Positions 53,751 through 63,987 of a stretch of DNA of 64,000 bases are shown one piece after another. Source of the stretch: Luteimonas sp. GTDB lineage: Bacteria; Pseudomonadota; Gammaproteobacteria; Xanthomonadales; Xanthomonadaceae. The notes beneath the pieces were generated by a model, which saw only the letters and a list, made by a program, of their open reading frames with translations, ran no database searches and was not told the origin of the DNA. How positions within the stretch are numbered: position 1 is the stretch's first letter; every line of letters begins with the position of its first letter. The stretch covers positions 48,174 to 112,173 of the forward strand of contig JBJMWR010000024.1 in NCBI GenBank assembly GCA_045810015.1, given 5' to 3'. The position numbers and the translations under genes are program-made.

Positions 53751-54557
53751 ATGAACCGCATCGATACCCGCTTCGCCGCACTCCGCGCCGCCGGCCGCAA
53801 GGCGCTGATCCCATTCTTTACCGCCGGCGATCCCTCGCTCGAAGCCACGGTGCCGGTGATGCATGCACTGGTCGCGGCCGGGGCCGATGTCATCGAACTC
53901 GGCGTGCCGTTCTCCGACCCGATGGCCGATGGTCCGACGATCCAGCGCAGTTCCGAGCGCGCGCTGGGGCGGGGCGCGGGTATGACCTACGTGCTCGATG
54001 CGGTGCGCGAATTCCGCGCGCAGGATGACGCCACGCCGGTCGTGCTGATGGGTTATCTCAATCCGATTGATATCCGTGGCGCGGATGTCTTCGCGAAGCA
54101 GGCGGGCGACGCCGGTGTCGATGGCGTGCTGCTGGTGGATCTGCCGCCGGAAGAAGCCGACGAGTTCCGCGTGGCCTTCGATGCCGCCGGCATCGCGCTG
54201 GTCCTGCTGGCCTCCCCGACGACCACCGATGCGCGCATCGAAGCGCTGTGCGCGGGCGCGCAGGGGTATCTGTATTACGTCAGCTTTGCTGGCGTGACCG
54301 GTGCGGCCGATCGGCTCGATACCGCGCAGGCGTCGTCCCGCCTGCGGACGATCCGCGCCGCCAGTCGTGCGCCGGTCGTGGCCGGTTTCGGCATCCGCGA
54401 TGCCGCAAGCGCTGCGGCGATGGCGGTCGATGCCGATGGCGTCGTGGTCGGCAGTGCGCTGGTCGCGGCGCTCGATGGCGCGGCGGATACGGACGAGGCC
54501 GCTGCGCGGGCGAAGGCGTTCCTCGCGCCGTTGCGAGAAGCACTCGACGCAGGGTGA
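53751..54557 (+). CDS. trpA: tryptophan synthase alpha chain
   Basis: MNRIDTRFAALRAAGRKALIPFFTAGDP.. and IELGVPFSDPMADGPTIQ. ATG 53751 gives a 268-aa protein of standard length. ATG 53676 (ATGA overlap with trpB) would add 25 unconserved residues. Confidence 0.88.
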   Translation: MNRIDTRFAALRAAGRKALIPFFTAGDPSLEATVPVMHALVAAGADVIELGVPFSDPMADGPTIQRSSERALGRGAGMTYVLDAVREFRAQDDATPVVLMGYLNPIDIRGADVFAKQAGDAGVDGVLLVDLPPEEADEFRVAFDAAGIALVLLASPTTTDARIEALCAGAQGYLYYVSFAGVTGAADRLDTAQASSRLRTIRAASRAPVVAGFGIRDAASAAAMAVDADGVVVGSALVAALDGAADTDEAAARAKAFLAPLREALDAG

Positions 54558-54878
54558 GCGAGCGCGGGACACGGAGCACTCCTCCGCGTGCGGGGCATTG
54601 CGCCCTTCATGGGTGGAGGGGGCGATCAGGCTGATCGCGCGAACGCGGTCTCATAAGGAATTCCACGTGGGATTCCCGCGCTGCTGGGTTCTGGGAGTTT
54701 GCCCCTTCCAAATCCGTCCCCGTGACACTGGGGAGGGCTTCATAAGCCGCTCGGTGACCGGATTCGGCCACGCGCAAGGCGCATCAACGCCGTACGGCCC
54801 CCACCGGAAGCCCAACGGGCCGTCGGTTACACTTCCGCGCTTTGCGGCCCCGTTGCGGCCGTCGGGAGAAATACGCCC

Positions 54879-55760
54879 ATGTCCTGGTTGCAGAAGATCA
54901 TGCCGCCGCGCATCCGCACCGATGCGCCTGCGGCCAAGAAGCGCAGCGTTCCCGAGGGTCTGTGGGAGAAGTGCGAGCGCTGCAGCACCGTGCTGTACGG
55001 CCCGGAACTCGAAGAGAATCTGGAGGTCTGCCCGAAGTGCAACTTCCACCGTGCGATCCGCGCGCGCGCGCGCCTGAAGGCGTTCCTGGATGCGGGCAGC
55101 CTGCAAGAGATCGCGGCCGATCTGGGCCCGACCGACATCTTGAAGTTCAAGGACCAGAAGAAGTACTCGGACCGCATCAAGGCCGCGCAACGCGCCACCG
55201 GTGAGCGCGACACACTGATCGCGATGCAGGGCACGCTGATGCAGCGCCCGATCGTCGCCTGCGCGATGGATTTCGCCTACATGGGCGGCTCGATGGGCTC
55301 GGTCGGCGGCGAGAAGTTCGCCCGCGCCGCCGAGCAGGCGCTCGCGCTGGGCACGCCGTTCGTCAGTTTCGCCGCGAGCGGCGGCATGCGCATGCAGGAG
55401 AGCATGTTCTCGCTGCTGCAGATGGCCAAGACCTCGGCCGCGCTGGCGCGTCTGCGCGAAGCCGGTTTGCCGTATATCTCGGTGCTGACCAATCCGACCT
55501 ACGGCGGAACTTCCGCGTCGTTCGCGATGCTCGGCGACATCAACATCGCCGAACCCGAAGCGCTGATCGGCTTCGCTGGCCCGCGCGTGATCGAACAGAC
55601 CGTGCGCGAGACCCTGCCCGAAGGTTTCCAGACATCGGAATTCCTGCTCGAGCATGGCGCGATCGACCAGATCTGCGACCGCCGCGAAATGCGCGACCGC
55701 ATCGCCCGCCTGGTGGCGTTGCTCGGCAAGCAGGACATGCCGACCGAGGCCGCTGCGTGA
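54879..55760 (+). CDS. accD: acetyl-CoA carboxylase carboxyltransferase beta subunit
   Basis: MSWLQKI.., zinc ribbon CERC....Y.......L.VCPKCN.H, and ..[10 protein letters not shown] motifs. Confidence 0.95.
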   Translation: MSWLQKIMPPRIRTDAPAAKKRSVPEGLWEKCERCSTVLYGPELEENLEVCPKCNFHRAIRARARLKAFLDAGSLQEIAADLGPTDILKFKDQKKYSDRIKAAQRATGERDTLIAMQGTLMQRPIVACAMDFAYMGGSMGSVGGEKFARAAEQALALGTPFVSFAASGGMRMQESMFSLLQMAKTSAALARLREAGLPYISVLTNPTYGGTSASFAMLGDINIAEPEALIGFAGPRVIEQTVRETLPEGFQTSEFLLEHGAIDQICDRREMRDRIARLVALLGKQDMPTEAAA

Positions 55761-57106
55761 GCCGCAGGTACTTCGGGACCGATGGCATTCGCGGGCGGGT
55801 CGGTGAGGGATCGATCTCCGCCGATTTCGTGCTGCGCCTGGGCAATGCCTACGGTCATTCGCTGCGTGGACGCGGCGGTGACTGGCGTCGCCCGCAGGTG
55901 CTGATCGGCAAGGACACGCGCATCTCGAACTACATGTTCGAGGCGGCGCTGGAAGCCGGACTGGTCGCGGCCGGTGTCGACGTGCAGCTGATGGGCCCGA
56001 TGCCCACGCCGGCCGTCGCGCATCTGACGCGCTCGCTCGGCGCCGACGGCGGCATCGTCATTTCCGCCTCGCACAATCCGCATCACGACAACGGCATTAA
56101 GTTCTTCAGCGCGCAGGGCGAGAAGCTCGACGACGCGACCGAACTCGCGATCGAAGCCGCGCTCGACCAGCCGTTCCGCACCGTGGCTTCCGAGAAACTC
56201 GGCAAGGCCGTGCGCACACGCGATGCGGTCGGCCGCTACGTGGAAGCCTGCAAGGCCTCGGTGCCGCGTGGATTCGATCTCGACGGCATGCGCATCGTCG
56301 TCGACTGCGCGAACGGCGCGACCTACCAGGTCGGTCCGATCGTGCTGCGCGAACTCGGTGCACAGGTCGAGGTGATTGGCGCCGAGCCCAATGGCGTCAA
56401 CATCAACGATGGCGTCGGCTCCACCCATCCCGAACACCTGAGCGAGCGCGTCAGCCGCAGCGGCGCGAACCTCGGCATTGCCTTCGACGGCGACGGCGAT
56501 CGCGTGCTGTTCGTCGACGCCAACGGCACTGTGCGCGACGGCGATGACCTGCTGTACGTGCTCGCGCGCGACTGGCAGCAGTCGGGTCGCCTGCAGGGCC
56601 CGGTCGTCGGCACGCTGATGAGCAACTTCGGCCTGGAGCGCGCATTCGGCGAGGCCGGTATCGGCTTCGCGCGGGCCAAGGTCGGCGACCGCTACGTGCA
56701 CCAGATGCTGCTCGAACACGATGGTGTGCTCGGCGGCGAAACCTCCGGGCATCTGCTGTGCCTGGATCGCGCGACGACCGGCGACGGCATCATCAGCGCG
56801 CTGCAGGTGCTGGAAGTGCTGCGCCGTCGCGGCGAGTCGCTGCAGGAAGCGCTGCACGGTCTGTCCAAGGTGCCGCAGAAGACCGTCAACGTGCGTTACG
56901 AAGGTGCGTCGAAACCCGCCGAAGCGCCGGCCGTGCAAGCCGCCCTCGCCGAGGCGCAGGCCGCCGTGCAGGGCCGCGGGCGCGCGTTCCTGCGCCCGTC
57001 GGGCACCGAGCCGGTGGTGCGCGTGACCGTCGAGGCCGACGACGACACCCTGATGCAATCGACACTCGATCAACTGGCCGACGCCGTGCGCGCGGCCGCC
57101 GCCTGA
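55757..57106 (+). CDS. glmM: phosphoglucosamine mutase
   Basis: (M)[15 protein letters not shown] and phosphoserine loop [19 protein letters not shown] 55757 overlaps the accD stop (GTGA). Confidence 0.93.
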   Translation: MSRRYFGTDGIRGRVGEGSISADFVLRLGNAYGHSLRGRGGDWRRPQVLIGKDTRISNYMFEAALEAGLVAAGVDVQLMGPMPTPAVAHLTRSLGADGGIVISASHNPHHDNGIKFFSAQGEKLDDATELAIEAALDQPFRTVASEKLGKAVRTRDAVGRYVEACKASVPRGFDLDGMRIVVDCANGATYQVGPIVLRELGAQVEVIGAEPNGVNINDGVGSTHPEHLSERVSRSGANLGIAFDGDGDRVLFVDANGTVRDGDDLLYVLARDWQQSGRLQGPVVGTLMSNFGLERAFGEAGIGFARAKVGDRYVHQMLLEHDGVLGGETSGHLLCLDRATTGDGIISALQVLEVLRRRGESLQEALHGLSKVPQKTVNVRYEGASKPAEAPAVQAALAEAQAAVQGRGRAFLRPSGTEPVVRVTVEADDDTLMQSTLDQLADAVRAAAA

Positions 57107-57122
57107 TTCCAAGGAGTCCGCG

Positions 57123-58061
57123 ATGACCCCCCGTATTCCCACGCTCGACATCCGCCGTTTCGACACGGACCGCGAGGCCTTCGTTGCCGAGCTCGGCGCC
57201 GCCTACCGCGAGTGGGGCTTTGCCGGCATCAACGGCCACGGCATTCCGCAGGCGCAGATCGACGGCGCCTACGATGTGTTCAAGGCGTTTTTCGCGCTGC
57301 CCGAAGCGACCAAGAAGCAGTACCACGTGGCCGGCGGTGGCGGCGCGCGCGGCTACACCGCGTTCGGCGTCGAGACCGCGAAGGGCGCGCAGCACTTCGA
57401 TCTCAAGGAGTTCTGGCACATCGGCCGCGAGATTCCGGACGACTCGAAGTACCGCGAAGTGATGCAGCCGAACCTGTGGCCGACCGAAGTCCCGGGCTTC
57501 CGCGAACACGGCTACGGCCTGTACCAGACGCTCGATGCGCTGGGCTCGAAGGTGCTGTCGGCGCTGGCGCTGCACATCGGTCTGCCGGAGCACTACTTCG
57601 TTGACAAGACCGACTACGGCAATTCGATCCTGCGCCCGATCCACTACCCGCCGATCACCTCGGACGACATCCCCAACGAGCGCGCCGGTGCGCACGAGGA
57701 CATCAACCTGATCACGCTGCTGGTCGGCGCATCGGCGGCGGGTCTGGAAGTGAAGTCGTCGCGTGGCGAGTGGGTGCCCTTCACGTCGGACGCCGACACC
57801 ATCGTCGTCAACATCGGCGACATGCTGCAGCGCCTGACCAACCACGTGTATCCGTCGACGACGCACCGCGTGACCAATCCGCCGGGCGAGCAGGCGCGCA
57901 AGCCGCGTTATTCGGTGCCGTTCTTCCTGCACCCGAATCCGGACTTCGTCATCGACGTGCTGCCGTCGACGGTGACCGCCGACAATCCGAGCCGCTATCC
58001 CGAAGCGATCACCGCGCAGGGCTATCTCGAAGAACGGTTGCGCGAGATCAAGCTGAAGTAG
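57123..58061 (+). CDS. 2-oxoglutarate/Fe(II)-dependent oxygenase (isopenicillin-N-synthase-like family)
   Basis: The N-terminal region matches the DIOX_N/non-haem dioxygenase pattern. Facial triad candidates are ..GAHEDIN.. and ..STTHRV... AAGGAG SD lies before ATG 57123. Confidence 0.8.
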   Translation: MTPRIPTLDIRRFDTDREAFVAELGAAYREWGFAGINGHGIPQAQIDGAYDVFKAFFALPEATKKQYHVAGGGGARGYTAFGVETAKGAQHFDLKEFWHIGREIPDDSKYREVMQPNLWPTEVPGFREHGYGLYQTLDALGSKVLSALALHIGLPEHYFVDKTDYGNSILRPIHYPPITSDDIPNERAGAHEDINLITLLVGASAAGLEVKSSRGEWVPFTSDADTIVVNIGDMLQRLTNHVYPSTTHRVTNPPGEQARKPRYSVPFFLHPNPDFVIDVLPSTVTADNPSRYPEAITAQGYLEERLREIKLK

Positions 58062-58660
58062 GGCGTCTTGGGCGTCCGAAACAAGCAGGCACGGCGCCCA
58101 AGGGCGCCGTGTCTGCGAATGGAGGCCGCGAATTCCGACAAGCTTGAGACCACGTCGGCCGTCTTCAGCAGGTCACGCGGGCAGCGATCATCGGACACAT
58201 CGGTGTTGCGGCGGATCTCGAGGCCTGTCGATTCCTGCACCTTGTCGCGACGCGCAGTTTCCAGCCGTCGCTGATGGCGCGCAGCCACGAGGCGTGGATC
58301 GCGTGCCCGCTGTCGTGCTCGCGTGCAAGTCCGCGCTGGCCGACCACGGTTCCCTGTTTGCTGCCCGGACGCTTCGGAATGTCCGTGGCATCACCGCCTT
58401 ATCGTCGACGAATGGATGGCAGGCAGCTCCGCGGACCGCAGTGTGTCGGATCGGAAAGGAGTGTGGTGACGCTGCCGGCAAGCCTGTCCGGCTGCGGCGG
58501 CGACCAATGCTCGCGTGATGGCGTCAGGGTCGCGGAATGTCTGATGGATCCGTGCCGGGCGGTTGGCTTCGCTGGGCACCGTCGAACGGACGACTTGCGT
58601 TTGCAGCCGCTGCGCAGGGGCCGCTGCAATCCCAGTTGGCGCCAATGCAGGGGAGGTCAC
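58060..58660 (-). pseudogene. possible decayed C-terminal half of a tyrosine recombinase (phage/ICE integrase), multiple frameshifts
   Basis: Collinear minus-strand fragments lie in different frames. Fragment ..VPSEANRPARIHQTFRDPDAITRAL.. resembles W.IPAE.TK..R.H.VPLS..A...L. Fragment ..LAREHDSGHAIHASWL.. resembles box II HDLRHT.ASWL. Fragment ..VQESTGLEIRRNTDVSDDRCPRDLL.. resembles VQ.LLGH.SI.MT.RYAHL.PE.L with the catalytic Tyr lost. A hairpin lies at 58090-58111. No intact ORF exists. Similarity was judged by eye only. Confidence 0.35.
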
Positions 58661-58728
58661 CGGTTCCTGAACCGGGTCGGCGGGCGCATCGGCTATCCTC
58701 TTGCGCCTCTCGTCTCAAGGAGTCGCCC

Positions 58729-59478
58729 ATGCGTCGCAGGATCGTCGCCGGCAACTGGAAGCTGCAGGGCAGCCGCAACTTCGCTGCCGAACTCGTCGAG
58801 GGCATCGCCGCCGGCCTGCCGGGCGGGGTGGAGGCGATCGTGCTCCCGCCGTTCCCGTATCTCCCGTTGCTGACGCAGTCGCATGGCGGTCGCGGCGTGG
58901 CTTTCGGCGCGCAGGACGTCAGCGCGCACGCCAAGGGCGCCTACACCGGTGAAGTGGCCGCCTCGATGCTGGCCGACGTCGGCGCCGTCTACACGCTGGT
59001 CGGCCATTCCGAGCGCCGCCAGTACCACGGCGAGGACGACGCGCTGGTCGCGCAGAAGTTCATCGCCGCCCGCGCCGCTGGCCTGGTGCCGATCCTGTGC
59101 GTGGGCGAGACCCGCGAACAGCGCGAGGCCGGTCGCACCGAAGAAGTGATCGCCGCCCAGGTCGAAGCCGTGCTGTCTGAGGCGGGCGTGGCCGCATTCG
59201 AGGGCGCGATCGTCGCCTATGAGCCGGTCTGGGCGATCGGCACCGGCCTGACTGCCAGCACCGAGCAGGCGCAGGCCGTGCACGCCTTTCTGCGTGGCGT
59301 GGTCGCCAGGCAGGATGCTAGAATCGCCGATTCGTTGCCGCTGCTGTATGGCGGCAGCTGCAAGCCCGACAATGCCGCTGCGCTGTTCTCGCAGCCCGAC
59401 GTCGACGGCGGATTGATCGGTGGCGCCTCGCTGGCGGCCGAAGACTTCCTGGCCATCGTCGCCGCGGCCGCGCGCTGA
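58729..59478 (+). CDS. tpiA: triose-phosphate isomerase
   Basis: MRRRIVAGNWKL.G, ..VGHSERR.. and ..YEPVWAIGTG.. motifs. AAGGAG SD. Confidence 0.95.
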   Translation: MRRRIVAGNWKLQGSRNFAAELVEGIAAGLPGGVEAIVLPPFPYLPLLTQSHGGRGVAFGAQDVSAHAKGAYTGEVAASMLADVGAVYTLVGHSERRQYHGEDDALVAQKFIAARAAGLVPILCVGETREQREAGRTEEVIAAQVEAVLSEAGVAAFEGAIVAYEPVWAIGTGLTASTEQAQAVHAFLRGVVARQDARIADSLPLLYGGSCKPDNAAALFSQPDVDGGLIGGASLAAEDFLAIVAAAAR

Positions 59479-59536
59479 GCGCAGCCGGCGATTCCGACAC
59501 AAGGCCCGTCCGCGGGCACCCCAGAGCGCCCACGCA

Positions 59537-59989
59537 ATGCTGCTGACCGTCTTCAACATCCTGTTCGTCATCATCGCCATCGCGATGATCGCGTTGATCC
59601 TCATGCAGCGCGGCGCTGGCGCCGCGGCCGGTTCCGGCTTCGGTGGCGGCGCGTCCGCGACCGTGTTCGGCGCGCGCGGCTCGTCCAACTTCCTGTCGAA
59701 GGCGACGAAGTGGCTGGCGATCAGCTTCTTCGCGATCACGCTGTTCATGGCCTGGTACGCGATGCACCGCGCCAATCCGAACGCGCTGGACATGGATCTG
59801 GGTGTCATGGGCAGCCAGGTGCCGACGGCGCCGGTCGAAGGCGCGCCGGCCACGTCGGTTGCACCGCCCGCACCTGCCGACGCCACCGTGCCGGCCGCGC
59901 CGTCTGTCGAGGGTGCAGTGCCGGCCGCGCCGCCGGCGGCAGAAAATTCTTCGCAGGAATCGCCGCAGCCCACTCCCCAGAACGATTGA
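59537..59989 (+). CDS. secG: preprotein translocase subunit SecG (with Pro/Ala-rich C-terminal extension)
   Basis: MLLTVFNILFVIIAIAMIALILMQRG.GA..GS.FGGGAS.TVFGARGS.NFL.K.T. The ~110-aa core is followed by a ~40-aa low-complexity tail. tpiA-secG-tRNALeu order. Confidence 0.9.
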   Translation: MLLTVFNILFVIIAIAMIALILMQRGAGAAAGSGFGGGASATVFGARGSSNFLSKATKWLAISFFAITLFMAWYAMHRANPNALDMDLGVMGSQVPTAPVEGAPATSVAPPAPADATVPAAPSVEGAVPAAPPAAENSSQESPQPTPQND

Positions 59990-60051
59990 TTGGGATTACA
60001 ATGCGCGGCTCGCCGGGGCAGTAGGCACGGATGAGGTTTTCAGGTTGACCT

Positions 60052-60136
60052 GCCCAGGTGGCGGAATTGGTAGACGCACTACCTTGAGGTGGTAGCGGCT
60101 TAGGTCGTAGGGGTTCGAGTCCCCTCTTGGGCACCA
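60052..60136 (+). tRNA. tRNA-Leu (anticodon GAG), long variable arm, encoded CCA
   Basis: Acceptor GCCCAGG/CTTGGGC (one G-U pair), anticodon stem CTACC/GGTAG with loop TT-GAG-GT, T arm AGGGG-TTCGAGT-CCCCT. Confidence 0.9.
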
Positions 60137-60175
60137 ACCGGAAAGGCGACACGTTTCATGCGTGTCGGATACGAG

Positions 60176-60200
60176 AAGCCTCGCGCAAGCGAGGCTTTTT
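60176..60200 (+). terminator. intrinsic terminator after tRNA-Leu
   Basis: AAGCCTCGC-GCAA-GCGAGGCTT followed by TTT. The flanking GGATACGA/TCGTATCC extends the stem. Confidence 0.8.
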
Positions 60201-60316
60201 CGTATCCGAAGCTTGATTTCTGCGCGGACAGGAATCATTCGCGCGCGCGTTTCACGTTTTGTTTGTCAGCGCGTGCCGATGCTGCGCCGGCAGCCTGTAC
60301 ACCGGCCGGAAATCGT

Positions 60317-60345
60317 TTACTCGCCAGTTCTGTAACCGGTACAAT
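60317..60345 (+). promoter_or_regulatory. candidate sigma70 promoter of the nuo operon
   Basis: TTACTC (60317-60322), 17-nt spacer, TACAAT (60340-60345). About 130 nt upstream of the nuoA start. Confidence 0.45.
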
Positions 60346-60476
60346 TGCCGGGATCGGGCGATCGCACAGCACGTGCATCGCCCGGCCTTCGTGAAGCGCT
60401 CCGACGCTTCGAGATGCGGCGTCACAGGCGCCGAGCCAAGGCCGCAGATTGCGGCCGTAGCCGAGAGAACATCCGA

Positions 60477-60833
60477 GTGCTGGCCGAATATCTGCCGACC
60501 CTGCTGTTCCTGATCGTTGCCACGGGGATCGGCATTGCATTGCTGATCATTGGCAACCTGTTGGGACCCAAGCGCCCGACGCTGGAAAAGCTGTCGCCGT
60601 ACGAATGTGGATTCGAGGCATTCGAAGACGCGCGCATGCAGTTCGACGTGCGCTATTACCTCATCGCGATCCAGTTCATCGTCTTCGATCTGGAAATCAT
60701 CTTCATCGTGCCGTGGGCCACCGTGTTCCGTGAACTCGGCGTGCTGGGTCTGATCGAGATGGGCATCTTCGCCGGCATGCTGCTGCTCGGCTTCGTCTAC
60801 GTGTGGAAGAAGGGAGCGCTGGAATGGGAGTGA
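60477..60833 (+). CDS. nuoA: NADH-quinone oxidoreductase subunit A
   Basis: (V)[14 protein letters not shown]... ..[29 protein letters not shown] 60477 gives the standard ~118 aa. Confidence 0.9.
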   Translation: MLAEYLPTLLFLIVATGIGIALLIIGNLLGPKRPTLEKLSPYECGFEAFEDARMQFDVRYYLIAIQFIVFDLEIIFIVPWATVFRELGVLGLIEMGIFAGMLLLGFVYVWKKGALEWE

Positions 60834-61402
60834 ACCAGACCGTCGCGCGCCTGATGAACAACCCGCTGCCGGAAGGCCGCGTGGACGACATCCTGCGCCC
60901 GGAAGGCGAGAACCCGCTGCTCGAGCGCGGTTTCGTCACGACCAGTTCCGATGTGCTGCTCAACTGGGCGCGCACCGGCTCGATGTGGCCGATGACCTTC
61001 GGTCTCGCCTGCTGCGCGGTGGAAATGATGCACGCCGGTGCGGCGCGTCTCGATCTAGACCGCTACGGCGTGGTGTTCCGCCCGTCGCCGCGCCAGTCGG
61101 ACGTGATGATCGTGGCCGGCACGCTGGTCAACAAGATGGCCCCGGCGCTGCGCAAGGTCTACGACCAGATGCCGGATCCGAAGTGGGTCATCTCGATGGG
61201 CAGCTGCGCCAACGGCGGCGGCTACTACCACTACTCGTATTCGGTGGTGCGCGGCTGCGATCGCATCGTGCCGGTCGACGTCTACGTGCCGGGCTGCCCG
61301 CCGACGGCCGAAGCGCTGATCTACGGCATCCTGCAGTTGCAGAAGAAGATCCGCCGCGCCACCAACTTCGGTGACACCAAGACGGGGCAGCGCGATGCGT
61401 GA
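60824..61402 (+). CDS. nuoB: NADH-quinone oxidoreductase subunit B
   Basis: ..[17 protein letters not shown].., ..[15 protein letters not shown].. and ..[11 protein letters not shown] (N2 cluster cysteines). Start at ATG 60824. Confidence 0.93.
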   Translation: MGVNQTVARLMNNPLPEGRVDDILRPEGENPLLERGFVTTSSDVLLNWARTGSMWPMTFGLACCAVEMMHAGAARLDLDRYGVVFRPSPRQSDVMIVAGTLVNKMAPALRKVYDQMPDPKWVISMGSCANGGGYYHYSYSVVRGCDRIVPVDVYVPGCPPTAEALIYGILQLQKKIRRATNFGDTKTGQRDA

Positions 61403-62153
61403 GTCCTCCACCGCGTTCGCGGCGCGCCTGCGCGCGCGCTTTTCCGACGCCGACGTGGCGGTCGCACTGCCGCGTGGCGAAGTGGCGATCATCACCGCCG
61501 GCGACTGGCTCGACACTGCGCGCGCATTGCGCGACGAGTTCGGTTTCGAAATGCTGATCGACGTCTGTGGTGTCGACTATCTGAGTCACGGCAGCGACGA
61601 GTGGGACACCGATGTGTCCTCCGAAGGTTTCAGCCGCGGCGTTGAAGGCCGCGGTCCGGGCCGTTTCAAGTTCGGTGAAACCGGCAGCCGCCAGGTCTCG
61701 CAGCCACAGGGCGACGCCGGCATTCCGGTGCCGCAGCGTCGTTTTGCCGCGGTCGCGCAGTTGCTGTCGATCCAGCACAACCAGCGCGTGATGCTGAAGT
61801 GCTTCGCGCCCAGCGACGATCTGCCGGTGGTGTCTTCGCTGACCGTGCTCTGGCCGGTCGCGAACTGGTTCGAGCGCGAAGCGTTCGATCTGTTCGGCGT
61901 GATCTTCGAGGGTCACCCCGATCTGCGCCGCATCCTGACCGACTACGGTTTCGTCGGTCATCCGTTCCGCAAGGATTTCCCGTTGATCGGCAATGTCGAA
62001 GTGCGTTACGACGCCGAGCGCAAGCGCGTGGTGTACGAGCCGGTGACCTCGGTCGAACCGCGTGTCGGCGTGCCGCGCGTGATCCGTGACGACGCCCGTT
62101 TTGCGACCGCGAGCGACGAGCAGGCCGCGCGTCGCGTGGAGGCTGCCAAGTGA
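61395..62153 (+). CDS. nuoC: NADH-quinone oxidoreductase subunit C
   Basis: ..[18 protein letters not shown].. and ..[24 protein letters not shown]. Contains an internal ~50-aa Gly/Ser/charged insertion. Confidence 0.88.
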   Translation: MRESSTAFAARLRARFSDADVAVALPRGEVAIITAGDWLDTARALRDEFGFEMLIDVCGVDYLSHGSDEWDTDVSSEGFSRGVEGRGPGRFKFGETGSRQVSQPQGDAGIPVPQRRFAAVAQLLSIQHNQRVMLKCFAPSDDLPVVSSLTVLWPVANWFEREAFDLFGVIFEGHPDLRRILTDYGFVGHPFRKDFPLIGNVEVRYDAERKRVVYEPVTSVEPRVGVPRVIRDDARFATASDEQAARRVEAAK

Positions 62154-63463
62154 GCGCCGTGCCGACCACCTCGCTGCACACCAACGCGACGCCGAGTGCG
62201 GAAGCGCTGAAGCAGGAAATCCGCAACTACACGTTCAACTTCGGCCCCCAGCATCCGTCCGCGCACGGCGTGCTGCGCCTGATCCTGGAAATGGACGGCG
62301 AGACCGTGATGCGCGCCGATCCGCACATCGGCCTGCTGCACCGTGGCACCGAGAAGCTAGCCGAGTCGAAGCCGTTCAACCAGTCCATCGGTTACATGGA
62401 TCGCCTCGACTACGTGTCGATGATGTGCAACGAGCACGCCTACGTGCGCGCGATCGAGACCCTGATGGGAATCGAGGCGCCCGAGCGCGCGCAGTGGATC
62501 CGCACGCTGTTCGACGAAGTCACGCGCATCCTCAACCACCTGATGTGGGTGGGCTCGAACGCGCTCGATCTCGGCGCGATGGCGGTGATGCTGTACGCGT
62601 TCCGTGAGCGCGAAGAACTGATGGACGTCTACGAGGCGGTGTCGGGCGCGCGCATGCACGCGACCTATTACCGTCCCGGCGGCGTCTACCGCGATCTGCC
62701 CGCGCAGATGCCGCAGTACGCCGAGTCGCGCTGGCGCAAGGGCGAGAAGCTCAAGCGTTTCAACAAGTGGCGCGGCGGCTCGATGCTCGATTATCTCGAG
62801 GCATTCGCCAAGGATTTCCCCAAGCGCGTCGACGAGTATGAAACCCTGCTCACCGACAACCGCATCTGGAAGCAGCGCACCGTCGGCATCGGCGTGATTC
62901 CGCCGGACCTGGCCAAGGCCTGGGGCATGACCGGCCCGATGCTGCGCGGTTCGGGCGTCGAGTGGGATCTGCGCAAGACGCAGCCCTACGCCAAGTACGC
63001 CGAAGTCGATTTCGACATCGCGGTGGGCGTCAACGGCGACTGCTACGACCGCTACCTCGTGCGCGTGTTCGAAATGCGCGAGTCGGCGAAGATCATCCAG
63101 CAGTGCGTCAATTGGCTGCGGGCGAATCCCGGCCCGGTCATGTTGGACAACTACAAGGTGTCGCCGCCGTCGCGTGAGTCGATGAAGGACGACATGGAAG
63201 CGTTGATCCATCACTTCAAGCTGTTCACCGAGGGCTACAGCGTGCCCACCGGAGAGACCTACAGCGCCGTCGAAGCCCCGAAGGGCGAGTTCGGCTGCTA
63301 TCTGGTCTCCGACGGTGCGAACAAGCCGTTCCGCGTGCATCTGCGCGCGCCCGGTTTCGCGCATCTCTCGTCGATGGACGCCATCACCAGCGGGCACATG
63401 CTGTCCGACGTGGTGGCGATGATCGGTACCTATGACATCGTGTTCGGAGAGGTCGACCGATGA
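62150..63463 (+). CDS. nuoD: NADH-quinone oxidoreductase subunit D
   Basis: [20 protein letters not shown], ..[13 protein letters not shown] and a C-terminal ..[13 protein letters not shown] overlap with nuoC. Confidence 0.95.
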   Translation: MSAVPTTSLHTNATPSAEALKQEIRNYTFNFGPQHPSAHGVLRLILEMDGETVMRADPHIGLLHRGTEKLAESKPFNQSIGYMDRLDYVSMMCNEHAYVRAIETLMGIEAPERAQWIRTLFDEVTRILNHLMWVGSNALDLGAMAVMLYAFREREELMDVYEAVSGARMHATYYRPGGVYRDLPAQMPQYAESRWRKGEKLKRFNKWRGGSMLDYLEAFAKDFPKRVDEYETLLTDNRIWKQRTVGIGVIPPDLAKAWGMTGPMLRGSGVEWDLRKTQPYAKYAEVDFDIAVGVNGDCYDRYLVRVFEMRESAKIIQQCVNWLRANPGPVMLDNYKVSPPSRESMKDDMEALIHHFKLFTEGYSVPTGETYSAVEAPKGEFGCYLVSDGANKPFRVHLRAPGFAHLSSMDAITSGHMLSDVVAMIGTYDIVFGEVDR

Positions 63464-63987
63464 AGGCGACTGGCAATTTCGAGAGCGCCCGCAACGTCGA
63501 CCCGATGGTCGTGCTCAGCGGCGACACGCGCGCGCACATCGACCACTGGCTGACCAAGTTCCCGGAAGACCGCAAGCGGTCCGCGGTGCTGCAGGGTCTG
63601 TTCGCGGCGCAGGAGCAGAACGACGGCTGGCTGACCGACGAGCTGATCGCCGGCGTCGCCAAGTATCTGGATCTGCCGCCGGTGTGGGCCTACGAGGTGG
63701 CGACGTTCTACTCGATGTTCGAGACCGAGAAAGTCGGCCGCAACAACGTCGCGTTCTGCACCAACATCAGCTGCTGGCTCAACGGCGCCGAAGATCTCGT
63801 CGCGCACGCGGAGAAGAAGCTGGGCTGCAAGCTGGGTGAATCCACCGCCGACGGTCGCGTCTTCCTCAAGCGTGAGGAAGAGTGCGTCGCTGCGTGCTGC
63901 GGCGCGCCGGTCGTGGTCATCAACGGTCATTACCACGAGAAGCTCACACCCGAGACGGTGGACGAGCTGATCGACGGTCTGAAGTAG
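63460..63987 (+). CDS. nuoE: NADH-quinone oxidoreductase subunit E
   Basis: ..P....SAV...L...Q...GW.., and [2Fe-2S] cysteines ..CTNISCWL.. and ..[10 protein letters not shown]... ATGA overlap with nuoD. Confidence 0.93.
   Translation: MKATGNFESARNVDPMVVLSGDTRAHIDHWLTKFPEDRKRSAVLQGLFAAQEQNDGWLTDELIAGVAKYLDLPPVWAYEVATFYSMFETEKVGRNNVAFCTNISCWLNGAEDLVAHAEKKLGCKLGESTADGRVFLKREEECVAACCGAPVVVINGHYHEKLTPETVDELIDGLK

Noticed and set aside
58062-58085. TCTTGGGC matches 8 nt of the tRNA-Leu 3' acceptor end, right beside the integrase-like remnant. This could be a possible att repeat.
   Set aside because: Eight nucleotides is within chance expectation. The site also lies upstream, not downstream, of tRNA-Leu, with tpiA and secG in between.
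59860-59989. Pro/Ala-rich C-terminal tail of SecG as a possible separate or fused gene.
   Set aside because: It is continuous in frame with the SecG core and is low complexity. This looks like a lineage-typical extension rather than a distinct feature.
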